Below are positions 34,271-42,934 of a DNA stretch of 64,000 nt, piece by piece. Where the stretch lies: assembly GCA_964373815.1 (NCBI GenBank), contig CAYJWI010000001.1, positions 7,885 through 71,884 on the forward strand, read 5' to 3'. A program made the translations under genes and the position numbers. The notes beneath the pieces were generated by a model. The model did no database searches. It was not told the DNA's origin and worked only from the letters and a program-made list of their open reading frames with translations. Every line of letters begins with the position of its first letter. Position 1 is the stretch's first letter. The stretch comes from an uncultured archaeon. Its GTDB lineage: Archaea > Iainarchaeota > Iainarchaeia > Iainarchaeales > Iainarchaeaceae.

Positions 34271-35476
34271 TTATTTTTTAAGGAAGTTTTCCTTCACGAA
34301 TTCCCCTATTTTGTCGAAAGCGCTGTCCAGTATTTCCTCAGGAGGCAGGAAAACTATCCTGAAATGGTGCGTCCCCTTCTTCTGCCCAAAACCTTCACCA
34401 TAAACCACAAGCACTCCCTTCTCCTTGAGCAGTTTTATGACGAATTCCCTGTCGGATTTTATCGGGAGCTCGATTTTCGGGTAGGCGTAGAATGCACCGC
34501 GAGGCTTTGCGCAGCTAAGGCCCCCTATTTCATTGAGCCTCTTGTATGCAAGGTCGCGCCTCCTCTGCAATTTAGGGATGAGTTCCTTGAAATGCTCCTG
34601 CGGCCCGTTTAGTGCTGCCTCGATAGCGAACTGCACCGGCGCCACGGTCGAAAGCCGCAGCCTCGAGAGCTTTTTTATCCCCTCGAAATAATCCTCCATA
34701 ACCCCGAGCGGGTCGTGCCTGTAAATCCAGCCTCCGCGGAATCCGGGGCACAAATAATTTTTCGAGATGCTTCCGAATGAAATCACAGGCACGTCCTTTG
34801 CGAGCGAGGCCATTGGCGTGAATTTTTCCCCATCGAAGAGGAGCTTGTCATAGGTTTCGTCCGCAAGCACCACGAGGTTGTTTGCACCGGCCACGTCGAT
34901 GACTTTCTTGAGGTTGTTTTTTGAGTAAACGGCCCCTGTTGGGTTGTTTGGGTTTATCACCACGACCGCTTTAGTTTTCTTGTCCACCTGCTCCTCGAGG
35001 TGCTCTATGTCCGGCTGCCATTCATTCTCTTCGTCTAAATAATATTTATTCGCCCCTGTTTCGAGGAACGCGAGCTCTCCTGTGAACATTGAGTAGCCGG
35101 GTGTTGGCACAAGGCAGTTCTCCCCACGGTTGAAGAGCGCCTGCATGGAATGTATTATCGCCTCGCTTCCGCCGACAAAAGTCATTACGTCATCCACGCC
35201 AACATTGGGCGCGCCCATCCTTTTCGCATAATCAGCGACCGCCTTCCTTGCCCCAAGCGTTCCGAGGGAATCGGTATAGCCTTCACTTTTGGCCTTGTTG
35301 TCCTCAATCGCCTTCCATATGTGCGGAGGCGTGCGGTAGTCGAAGACCATGGGGTCGCCGATGTTCAGGTAGAGCACTTTCTTTCCGCTCTTCTCCACTT
35401 CCTGTGCTATTGGGACAACGTCCCTTGTCGCGTGCCTTATTCCCATTGCGCGCTTTGCGGGGACTATTCTTTTCAT
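34271..35476 (-). CDS. class I/II pyridoxal-phosphate aminotransferase (alanine/aspartate aminotransferase-like)
   Basis: Start taken at MKRIVPAK. SFGSISKNYLCPGFRGGW contains the PLP lysine. NPNNPTG motif present. Confidence 0.85.
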   Translation of the reverse strand: MKRIVPAKRAMGIRHATRDVVPIAQEVEKSGKKVLYLNIGDPMVFDYRTPPHIWKAIEDNKAKSEGYTDSLGTLGARKAVADYAKRMGAPNVGVDDVMTFVGGSEAIIHSMQALFNRGENCLVPTPGYSMFTGELAFLETGANKYYLDEENEWQPDIEHLEEQVDKKTKAVVVINPNNPTGAVYSKNNLKKVIDVAGANNLVVLADETYDKLLFDGEKFTPMASLAKDVPVISFGSISKNYLCPGFRGGWIYRHDPLGVMEDYFEGIKKLSRLRLSTVAPVQFAIEAALNGPQEHFKELIPKLQRRRDLAYKRLNEIGGLSCAKPRGAFYAYPKIELPIKSDREFVIKLLKEKGVLVVYGEGFGQKKGTHHFRIVFLPPEEILDSAFDKIGEFVKENFLKK

Positions 35477-35544
35477 GGAATCAATCCAAAGAATAGGGAA
35501 TGGATAAGTTTTTATATTACGGCGCAATAATCTAGCGGATAAGC

Positions 35545-35850
35545 ATGTTCTCGAATTTGTTCCAGGCAAGGGGCGTTTCAGCGCAGCCTGAGATAAGCGG
35601 GCCGAAATGGATTGAGGCCGCGCATAGGAAGGAATCCGGGGGCCTTGGGCTGTTCAGATTCGGCAACAATGTGCTGGGCAAAACCCTCAAGTTCCGCGCT
35701 GTAACGCTTGTAACAACCCTTGGAATCACCTGGCTTCTCACGGGGAACCCGGTTACGAGCGTCGGGCTTACGGTCCTGCAGCAGAGCACAAACACCGCGG
35801 TGTATTACTTCTTTGAAAAAAACGAGCATAAAAAGTTTAATCCGAATTGA
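35545..35850 (+). CDS. DUF2061-like small membrane protein
   Basis: 101-aa ORF. RAVTLVTTLGITWLLTGNPVTSVGLTVLQQSTNTAVYYFFEK resembles the DUF2061 two-helix pattern. Confidence 0.45.
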   Translation: MFSNLFQARGVSAQPEISGPKWIEAAHRKESGGLGLFRFGNNVLGKTLKFRAVTLVTTLGITWLLTGNPVTSVGLTVLQQSTNTAVYYFFEKNEHKKFNPN

Positions 35851-35993
35851 GCGTTCATAGAAACGTGGCACCTACTGCCAGGTTTCGGCTTCTTTCTTTC
35901 GGGCAATCTTGTGGCTTTATGCCAAGTCGGGGCCCGTGGCTAGGGCCGGTTTGCTGGAAACTTTTTTATATAACTACTCCCTAGTAGTGCCTT

Positions 35994-36671
35994 ATGATTG
36001 AGAGGATAAAAAAGCTCGGCCTCAACGAGTACGAGGCAAGGGCCTACAAGGCGCTGCTCCGGCAAGGCAGGGCTTCCGCCGTTTCGGTGAGCAGGCATGC
36101 CTCGATTCCGCGCGCGAGGGTCTATGACATCCTTTTCTCGCTTGAGAAGAAGGGCTTTGTTGTCAAATCCGCCTCCAAGCCGATTGAGTTTAGCGCGGTT
36201 AAGCCAGTGCACGCTTTCGAGGCGATTTCAAAGGGCAAGAGGGATGAAATGGAGGCCTCCCTCTCTGAACTAAAGGCCACGGCCGAAGCCCTCCAGAAGG
36301 GCATTGGAGAGGGGCAGGGGCCTGCAGATGACGGCGCAGTGCTTCTCTTGGAGGGAAGGCTAGGCATTTACTCATTCCTCGGCCGCCAGCTGGAAAACTG
36401 CACTGAAAGCGTCGTAATTTCCTCCTCGGAGGATGGCATTAGGAGGAAAAAGGAGGCTTTTGAAAAGAAATTCTCCTCGCTTTCAAGGGACGGGGTGAAG
36501 GTTTTTTCGAAGCAGAGCCACGCCTCGCGCTTTGTGGTCCTCGACAAGGAAGCGGTGATGCTGTTTTTGAACAGTGAAAGGGAGCCCGAGGAAACAGCCA
36601 ATGAAAAGGCTATTTTTATCAAAAGCCCGTTTGTCGCCAACTATTTCTACAATTCCGCGATGAAAAAGTAG
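35994..36671 (+). CDS. TrmB-family transcriptional regulator
   Basis: LGLNEYEARAYKALLRQGRASAVSVSRHASIPRARVYDILFSLEKKGFV. Confidence 0.8.
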   Translation: MIERIKKLGLNEYEARAYKALLRQGRASAVSVSRHASIPRARVYDILFSLEKKGFVVKSASKPIEFSAVKPVHAFEAISKGKRDEMEASLSELKATAEALQKGIGEGQGPADDGAVLLLEGRLGIYSFLGRQLENCTESVVISSSEDGIRRKKEAFEKKFSSLSRDGVKVFSKQSHASRFVVLDKEAVMLFLNSEREPEETANEKAIFIKSPFVANYFYNSAMKK

Positions 36672-36689
36672 CCCGGGTGGCGATAATGC

Positions 36690-36800
36690 ATGGCCCAAAC
36701 AAAGAGCCAAAAGAAGGGCGGGTGGAAAACCTGCAGCCGCGGACATGAGTACCGCGGCAGCGCATGCCCAATTTGCTGGAAAGGGAATAAAAAGGATTAA
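36690..36800 (+). CDS. 36-aa zinc-finger-like peptide (not in the ORF track)
   Basis: Translation is [36 protein letters not shown], with C..H...CPIC spacing. Confidence 0.3.
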   Translation: MAQTKSQKKGGWKTCSRGHEYRGSACPICWKGNKKD

Positions 36801-36841
36801 TGGCCTAAAAATAAGCAAGGGGCAAAAAATAATTAGGGGGT

Positions 36842-39800
36842 TTACTGCGTTTTCTTCTTCGCTTTTTTCTTTTCGCTTTTTTCAGCAGTGGCCTCTGTTT
36901 TGCCCTCTTCCTTTCCAACCGCCCTATAAGTCGAGAATGCGATGAGCCCTATCACTAAGAGTATTAGCACTCCGAGAATTGCTGTAGAGAATGAAGCAAG
37001 GCCGAAGAGCCCTGTCCCAACATTGAGGTTTTCAGCGGCTTGCTGCTTGTTCTCGCCCGCGATGTTTTTGAAAGTTACGTTTCTAGTGAATGTCCCTTCA
37101 TTGGTTTCAAGTGATATCGGCACTGTCGCGCTCTCGCCTGCGCCCTGCGGGAGCTTTACTAGCAGCCTTGCCTTTGTGGATTCCTTCGATGCCACGACCC
37201 TCTTCTCTGCCTGCACTATGCCGTTGAAGTCAAGGGCTTTTGCGCTGAGTATTTCAAGTGTCCTGTTGCTGTCATTGAAAATGTTGAAATCAACCTGGAA
37301 TTCGTATGGCATCCCTTCAATTTCCTTTATGCTTATGTCCTGCACCCTTACATCGACTTCCCCCGGCCCGTATGATTCCTGGTTGCCTTTGACGAGCAGC
37401 CTTATTTTTGCGGAAGTCGAGAACCCGTTGTCTGTCTGTGCATTGATTGTTATGAAAGTCGTTGCCGGCAAATCGAACGGAGGTGAGACGAAGAAGTCCA
37501 CTTCCTCCTTTTCCCCGGCTTCAATGTTTATTTTTTTGTCCACTATGTAAACGAAAGGCTTGTCCGCAGTGATGGTGACATCCTGGCTTGCAACTCCCCT
37601 GTTCTCCACGAGCAATGACTGTTTTATTCCCTCGCAGGTGGCTGCATCGAGCTCTGGGTTTGGAAGGAGTATGTCTATTGCAAAGCAGCTCGAGGATGAG
37701 AGGTAGTTGATGTTCTTTTCCTGGGTGAAATCGAGCCTTGCGGATTTCGCCTTCACGCTGAACTTGTTTTCAGCGCTGCCCTTGGGCGCGGTTGCGCTGA
37801 AAGGCACGGCCTTCTCCTCTCCCGCCTCAACAGAGATTGCCCCTGGGCCGCTTACCCATGGAGGGGCATAACTGATTTTGAATTCCTGCCTCTCGGAGCC
37901 TAGGTTGAATACCGTGAAGAGCTCTTTCTTCTCAACTCCCGGGCAGATGTTGAGCTCCGGTACAACGAATGCCGCGCTGTGGCAGTCCGAGACCGTTAGG
38001 GTGAAATCCTTTTCAAACGAAAAGTGCTCTGAAGTAAGTTTGAGCGTGAAAGTCTTGGCCCCTTTTGTTGCCGGCACGATGTCGAGCTCTTGCGAAATCT
38101 GCTTGAGCACATCGATTAGCTGCTGAGAGTTCTGCGCATCGAAGTATTTGCCCTTTGTCCTGTCCGCTATAACCTGGAGCTGTGCCTTGCCTTCCTTGTC
38201 TATGTCAAAGCCTACTGCATAGACCCTTATGCCCTTGGAGGAGAGGTCTTTTGCCGCCTGTGCAGTGTTTCCTGCGCATGTTTCCTTTCCGTCGCTTACA
38301 AGTATTACTGCCTTCTGTTTTGTGCCGGTGAAATCATTTGCCGCTGCCTGCAGCGCCTGTGCGAGCGGTGTCTTTCCCTTCGGCTTGAATGCGGAAACCT
38401 TGTCGGTTATTCCCGCAATGTCAAGCTCTTTTATGGGCACGAGCAGCGAGGAGTCTTCACAGAGCTCTCCCTGCCCGAAAATCCTCAATCCAAGGTCAAC
38501 CTGGCTGATGTTATTTACAAGGTTTATTACAGCGGATTTTGCAGCGTCCATCTTGCCCTGCTTTCCTGATGTTTCAACCATCGAGCCTGAAGCATCTATA
38601 AGAATTTCGATTGCCGTGTCGGTTTTGCTCACTTTCGCTTCCTTTGCGAGCTTGCTCACGTCAATCAAGGCGTTGAGCTGCTCTTCGCTGCCGGGGTTAA
38701 TCGTGAATTTTTTCTTGTCAAGCGCTGCATCGATTCCTGTGATGATTGCCTCGAGCTCCACAGGCTTTTCCCTGTTGTTTTTGAGCGTGAATTTGTAAAC
38801 GGGTTTGTCCTCTACGCACACGCTCGCATCCCCTCCCGTCTTCTCGACTTCGAGGTTGTAGCAGTCCTTTAGCTGGCCTGAAAATGTTTTTGTGATGTCG
38901 TACTTGAATCCCGTGCTTTCGGCCTTTACCTTGAAATCATAATTTCCCCCAGGCTCTCCCGTCTGCGAGAATTTCACCGTAAAGGTGTCCTCGCTTCCGG
39001 CCTTTACCGACAGCTCTGTCCTGTCAAGTTTTGCAAAGTTTGCGCCTTCGAGCGAAATTTTGTATTTCTCGTCAAGCTTTCCGTTGTTTGCAATCCTGAT
39101 TTTCCCCTCGCTCCCTGTTTCGAGGCAGGCTGAATACTTCCCTCCCTCAAACCCGCTTCCGAGGATTATCTGCGTGCCCTGGCCCTGTGAAATGGTGTAC
39201 TGTGCTCCATCTTCCGAAAAAAAGTCCGGGTTTGGAAGCGATGCCTTGACCTTGAAATCATATGTCCCCAAATCCGCATCGCATGGGGCTTTCACTTTGA
39301 GTTTTACGGTTTCAGGTTCGCCCTTTGCGACGATTACCCTAGCGCTTTCGAGTGTGTACCATGCCTTGGGAATGCCTTCGATGCCCAAATCCGCCCTTTC
39401 GGTATTCTGGTTCGGCACTTTTGTGCGGTTCGTGACAACGATGTCGTATGTTTTTTCCTCGCACTGCGTTGCCTCCTGCTTTGATGGCTGCACATCCACG
39501 TCCACGAAGTGCCCCTGGCCAAGCTCTACTGAGCAGGTGGCTGAAACTGTTTTTCCGTTCTGCACCAAGAGCTGCGCTGTATATTTGCCGGGGCTTGCAT
39601 AGCAGTTCGCCACCGCGAAAACCCGCAGGTTTTCACACTCGCCAGCTTCGAGGCTGAACTTGTTCGGTATTACATTGAACCAGGAAGCAGCTGCGCCGTT
39701 GAAATAAGCGTTATAATTTTCGGTTTTCGAGGAATCGTTGCACAGTTCGAGTTCGCTCATTGAAAGCTCGCACTGGATATTGGTCGAATCGCACGAGCCG

Positions 39801-39874
39801 CTAAGCTCCGAGCCGTGTGCGTATGCTCCTAGTATCACGAACGCGATCCCGATTATGATTGCACGTATGTCCAT
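36842..39874 (-). CDS. large surface protein: Ig-like (CARDB/COG1361-like) repeats, central vWA domain, C-terminal anchor
   Basis: 1010-aa ORF with a signal peptide. vWA with MIDAS LIDASGSM...KGKTP...VSDGKE at about 38084-38614. C-terminus GTGLFGLASF, a TM helix and a KKKAKKK tail. Confidence 0.8.
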   Translation of the reverse strand: MDIRAIIIGIAFVILGAYAHGSELSGSCDSTNIQCELSMSELELCNDSSKTENYNAYFNGAAASWFNVIPNKFSLEAGECENLRVFAVANCYASPGKYTAQLLVQNGKTVSATCSVELGQGHFVDVDVQPSKQEATQCEEKTYDIVVTNRTKVPNQNTERADLGIEGIPKAWYTLESARVIVAKGEPETVKLKVKAPCDADLGTYDFKVKASLPNPDFFSEDGAQYTISQGQGTQIILGSGFEGGKYSACLETGSEGKIRIANNGKLDEKYKISLEGANFAKLDRTELSVKAGSEDTFTVKFSQTGEPGGNYDFKVKAESTGFKYDITKTFSGQLKDCYNLEVEKTGGDASVCVEDKPVYKFTLKNNREKPVELEAIITGIDAALDKKKFTINPGSEEQLNALIDVSKLAKEAKVSKTDTAIEILIDASGSMVETSGKQGKMDAAKSAVINLVNNISQVDLGLRIFGQGELCEDSSLLVPIKELDIAGITDKVSAFKPKGKTPLAQALQAAANDFTGTKQKAVILVSDGKETCAGNTAQAAKDLSSKGIRVYAVGFDIDKEGKAQLQVIADRTKGKYFDAQNSQQLIDVLKQISQELDIVPATKGAKTFTLKLTSEHFSFEKDFTLTVSDCHSAAFVVPELNICPGVEKKELFTVFNLGSERQEFKISYAPPWVSGPGAISVEAGEEKAVPFSATAPKGSAENKFSVKAKSARLDFTQEKNINYLSSSSCFAIDILLPNPELDAATCEGIKQSLLVENRGVASQDVTITADKPFVYIVDKKINIEAGEKEEVDFFVSPPFDLPATTFITINAQTDNGFSTSAKIRLLVKGNQESYGPGEVDVRVQDISIKEIEGMPYEFQVDFNIFNDSNRTLEILSAKALDFNGIVQAEKRVVASKESTKARLLVKLPQGAGESATVPISLETNEGTFTRNVTFKNIAGENKQQAAENLNVGTGLFGLASFSTAILGVLILLVIGLIAFSTYRAVGKEEGKTEATAEKSEKKKAKKKTQ

Positions 39875-39893
39875 GTTTTCGCCTATATAGTTC

Positions 39894-42020
39894 CTACTTG
39901 TTACTGTTAAGTAGTGACAATACTATAAATGCTATTACAAGAACAATTAAAATGATAACCCCTGCGGCAAATGCCCCATTGCTTCCGAGCACTGCAAGCC
40001 CTGAAAGCGCGCTTCCGCCCCCCTGCTGGCCTGCTGCCTTGCCCGCAACGGTTATCTTAATTGGCTTGGTTGAGGCATAGCCCTTTGCCCGCACTTCAAG
40101 GGTCGCGTTGAAAACCCTGTCAGAATCGGTTTCAGAGGCGCTCACAAGTCTTGTGAAAGTCCTTGTCTGGTTCGGCCCGATGTTTCCAAGTGAAATAGGC
40201 AGTATTACTGCGCCTTCTTCAGAGCCATAAACCCTCACCCTTACGTCTTCTAGTGCTCCTGCAAGGACGTTCTTTATGGTGAATGAAAGTTCCTTCTCTT
40301 CAGCGGAAGCAAGCCTTACTTCCGAAGGATAGCTAAGTATTTCCACTCCTCCAGCCTGCGCGTTTGTTTCGGCGGCAACTACCCTAAACCTTAGCTCTTC
40401 GCTCTGCTCATCAGAGCCGCTCTTTGCGCTAAGCGTTATTGTATAGTTGCCTAGCTGCGCATCGAATGCCGGGGAGATGAAAACGTAAACCTTCTCTTCC
40501 TTTCCTTTCTTGACGGTTATTTCCTTGTCAGTTAGGGTTGCATTTATCGAAGCGTCGACACCTTTTAGCGAGAGCCTGGCTTTTTCATCGAAAGCCCCGT
40601 TGTTTCTAAGCACTACCTCGAAGACCTGTCCCGCCGTTGCGGAGCATGCCCTTGCCTCGAAATCATTGTTGGCTATGAGCATCTCGAGCTTGTGCTCATC
40701 CCTTATGTCAATTTCCGCTTTCTTGGTTTCGGTTTCCTCCGCGCTGCGGCCGGTTACTTTCACTTCGTGCTTCCCGAACTTTTCAGTATCCTTCGCCTTC
40801 ACGGTGAGTGTTACTTCCTTTGTCCCTTTCCCTGCAAGAAAAACCCTCGAGGAATCTAGCCTTGCCTCAATGTCGCCGTCAACCCCGAGTGTCACGAACT
40901 GGCCCTGCTCTATTTTGCTTTTGAGTATTACGCTAAGTTCCTTCCCCTCCCCCCTCTTCATGGATTTTCTTGCAGGCGTTATCGTGAGGTCGAACTCGTC
41001 CTTTCCGCATTCAATTACCCTTATGCGTATTTCCCTTTCGACGAAGTAATCCTCGCTTCTCGCGAACACGGGTATTGTGTAATCAGTGAAAGCGGTAGTG
41101 TAATTAGTGTTTATCGAGAGGCCCACTTCCTCTTCATCCCCGCTTGCAAGCCTTGTGGCTGGGAATTCGAATACAGGGAGCAATAGCTCGTGGCTAGCCC
41201 CGAGTGAAATCGTCTGGCCCCTTCCTGAATTGTTTTCAAGCCTTATTTTTATTTCCTGCGTATAAGGCTGCCTGCAGATGAAATAACCGTCCAATCTTTC
41301 TATGTTTATCGGCGAGTCGTCATCTATGACTTCGGCCCTGATGTTTTGCCTTATTGCACTGCCCTCGCCGTACAAAAATTTTGCCTGCACATCATAAACG
41401 TCTGTTCTCGCGTCCGGGAAGGCGGTGATTGTCATTGTTACCGAAGTCCTCTCGCCGTTGCCGAGGCAGAAAGAATTCCCCGGCACTTGCGCTTCTATTT
41501 CGTGCCTTTCGCTGTTTCCAATCTGTGCATCCGCGGTAAAGCACTCCCTCTTGCCGCTGTTGTTGCTAACCGAGAGTTGCACGTTTATCGACTGGCCGGT
41601 TTCGAGGAAAACCGAGTTCCTGTCAGAAGAAACTGTTATCGCTTTTGAGGGCTGCGATTCTGAAACATTGATGTTGAACTCGTCGCTGTCGCCAAGCCCT
41701 GCGGGGTTTTGCGCCCTTACTGTAACCGTGCTCATGCCTGCGCTTGCAGGCTCCGGCGCGTTGCAGCTTATGAAATAATTTTCCTGCAGGAAGCAATCCA
41801 CAAGCTGGGTGTCACTTTGCTTTTCAATGCTGAAAAACATTTTATCGGATGAGTATGCGGGGTCGCTTACATAATTCCTCAAATCAGCGAATTTTACAAT
41901 TGGCCCTGAATCCATCCCCACTGAAATGTCCTTAATGCCATCAAAATCCGGTGCCGCGGCCGCAAGTGCAAAGCCCGCGCAGAGCAAAACCACCATGGCG
42001 GACATGATTCCCTTCATCAT
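39894..42020 (-). CDS. surface protein with repeated Ig-like domains and C-terminal anchor
   Basis: 708-aa ORF with a signal peptide. The N-terminal module is shared with 42935..45484. C-terminus GGGSALSGLAVLG plus a TM helix. Confidence 0.75.
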   Translation of the reverse strand: MMKGIMSAMVVLLCAGFALAAAAPDFDGIKDISVGMDSGPIVKFADLRNYVSDPAYSSDKMFFSIEKQSDTQLVDCFLQENYFISCNAPEPASAGMSTVTVRAQNPAGLGDSDEFNINVSESQPSKAITVSSDRNSVFLETGQSINVQLSVSNNSGKRECFTADAQIGNSERHEIEAQVPGNSFCLGNGERTSVTMTITAFPDARTDVYDVQAKFLYGEGSAIRQNIRAEVIDDDSPINIERLDGYFICRQPYTQEIKIRLENNSGRGQTISLGASHELLLPVFEFPATRLASGDEEEVGLSINTNYTTAFTDYTIPVFARSEDYFVEREIRIRVIECGKDEFDLTITPARKSMKRGEGKELSVILKSKIEQGQFVTLGVDGDIEARLDSSRVFLAGKGTKEVTLTVKAKDTEKFGKHEVKVTGRSAEETETKKAEIDIRDEHKLEMLIANNDFEARACSATAGQVFEVVLRNNGAFDEKARLSLKGVDASINATLTDKEITVKKGKEEKVYVFISPAFDAQLGNYTITLSAKSGSDEQSEELRFRVVAAETNAQAGGVEILSYPSEVRLASAEEKELSFTIKNVLAGALEDVRVRVYGSEEGAVILPISLGNIGPNQTRTFTRLVSASETDSDRVFNATLEVRAKGYASTKPIKITVAGKAAGQQGGGSALSGLAVLGSNGAFAAGVIILIVLVIAFIVLSLLNSNK
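39900..39930 (-). promoter_or_regulatory. conserved TATA-plus-initiator-like motif, copy A
   Basis: The minus strand reads ATTTATAGTATTGTCACTACTTAACAGTAAC, 25 nt upstream of the 36842..39874 start codon. It also encodes the last residues IVLSLLNSN of the upstream gene. Confidence 0.4.
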
Positions 42021-42854
42021 TTACTTCGCCCTCCCTTGTTTCTTCCCGGCCGTGAGGATTTTCACCATTCTCGCTATGAATGCTATGAGCAGCACAGCCG
42101 CCACAAGCACGAGCACTGCATCCACCAAAAGTTCGCCACCTGCAATTCCGCCAAGGCCGAATACCGCAAAACCGGTTGAAGCGTCCGCACTGCCATTGCC
42201 TTGCCCGTACTTTATTTTCGCAGGTTCAGAAACCGTCGCCGGATTTGCAACGCCTTTGCATGTGAATTCGAATTCGGCGTCCGCCTCGAAGCCGCTGCCA
42301 GATTTAACTGTAAGTTCATAATCCCTTTTCTCGAAAGCCCCGAGGGAAAATTCCTTCACGCCCTCTATTGCAGCGCCGCTTGGCAGGCCTTTGACTGCAG
42401 AGAGCTGCACGGTTTTGCTTTTGTATGACTTGTTTTCAAGCGAAAGTTTTATGCTGCCGTTTTCCTGCGCCGTTATTCGCGCTTCGAGCGGGCATGAATC
42501 CTCTTCAAAAAAGGTGATGGCGATGTTCTTCTCCGCCCTGTTCCCCCCGAGGTCTATGATTATTGTTCCGGTGTAGGTGTTTCCCTCGAGCCCCTTCTTC
42601 GGGAAAACCTTGACAACCACTTCTCCCTTGTTGCTTTTTGCGGCAACGAATGCCGGCCCCTTCACTACGGAATACTCCGAAGGGAAGTGGAATTCAACTG
42701 AAAGGGGGAGCTTTACGCCCGAAGCGTTATCCACGAAAAATGAGAGTTTGTAGGCCGATTCGCCTACCATTATGCTGTTCTCAAGGCCTGTTACGCCAGC
42801 GCTTGCGCTAGCGCAAAAGAGAAGAATTGCAGCCAAAAACCCCAAAAGCCTCAT
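42021..42854 (-). CDS. surface protein with Ig-like domains and C-terminal anchor
   Basis: Start taken at MRLLGFLAAILLFCASASA. C-terminus ASTGFAVFGLGG, a TM helix and a KKQGRAK tail. Abuts the downstream gene. Confidence 0.7.
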   Translation of the reverse strand: MRLLGFLAAILLFCASASAGVTGLENSIMVGESAYKLSFFVDNASGVKLPLSVEFHFPSEYSVVKGPAFVAAKSNKGEVVVKVFPKKGLEGNTYTGTIIIDLGGNRAEKNIAITFFEEDSCPLEARITAQENGSIKLSLENKSYKSKTVQLSAVKGLPSGAAIEGVKEFSLGAFEKRDYELTVKSGSGFEADAEFEFTCKGVANPATVSEPAKIKYGQGNGSADASTGFAVFGLGGIAGGELLVDAVLVLVAAVLLIAFIARMVKILTAGKKQGRAK

Positions 42855-42934
42855 GTTGTTCACGTGTTCACTAGAAGTTATTATACTACATATGTCCAAA
42901 CCTTTATTTAAATGTTGATATTAACGTTAATTAG

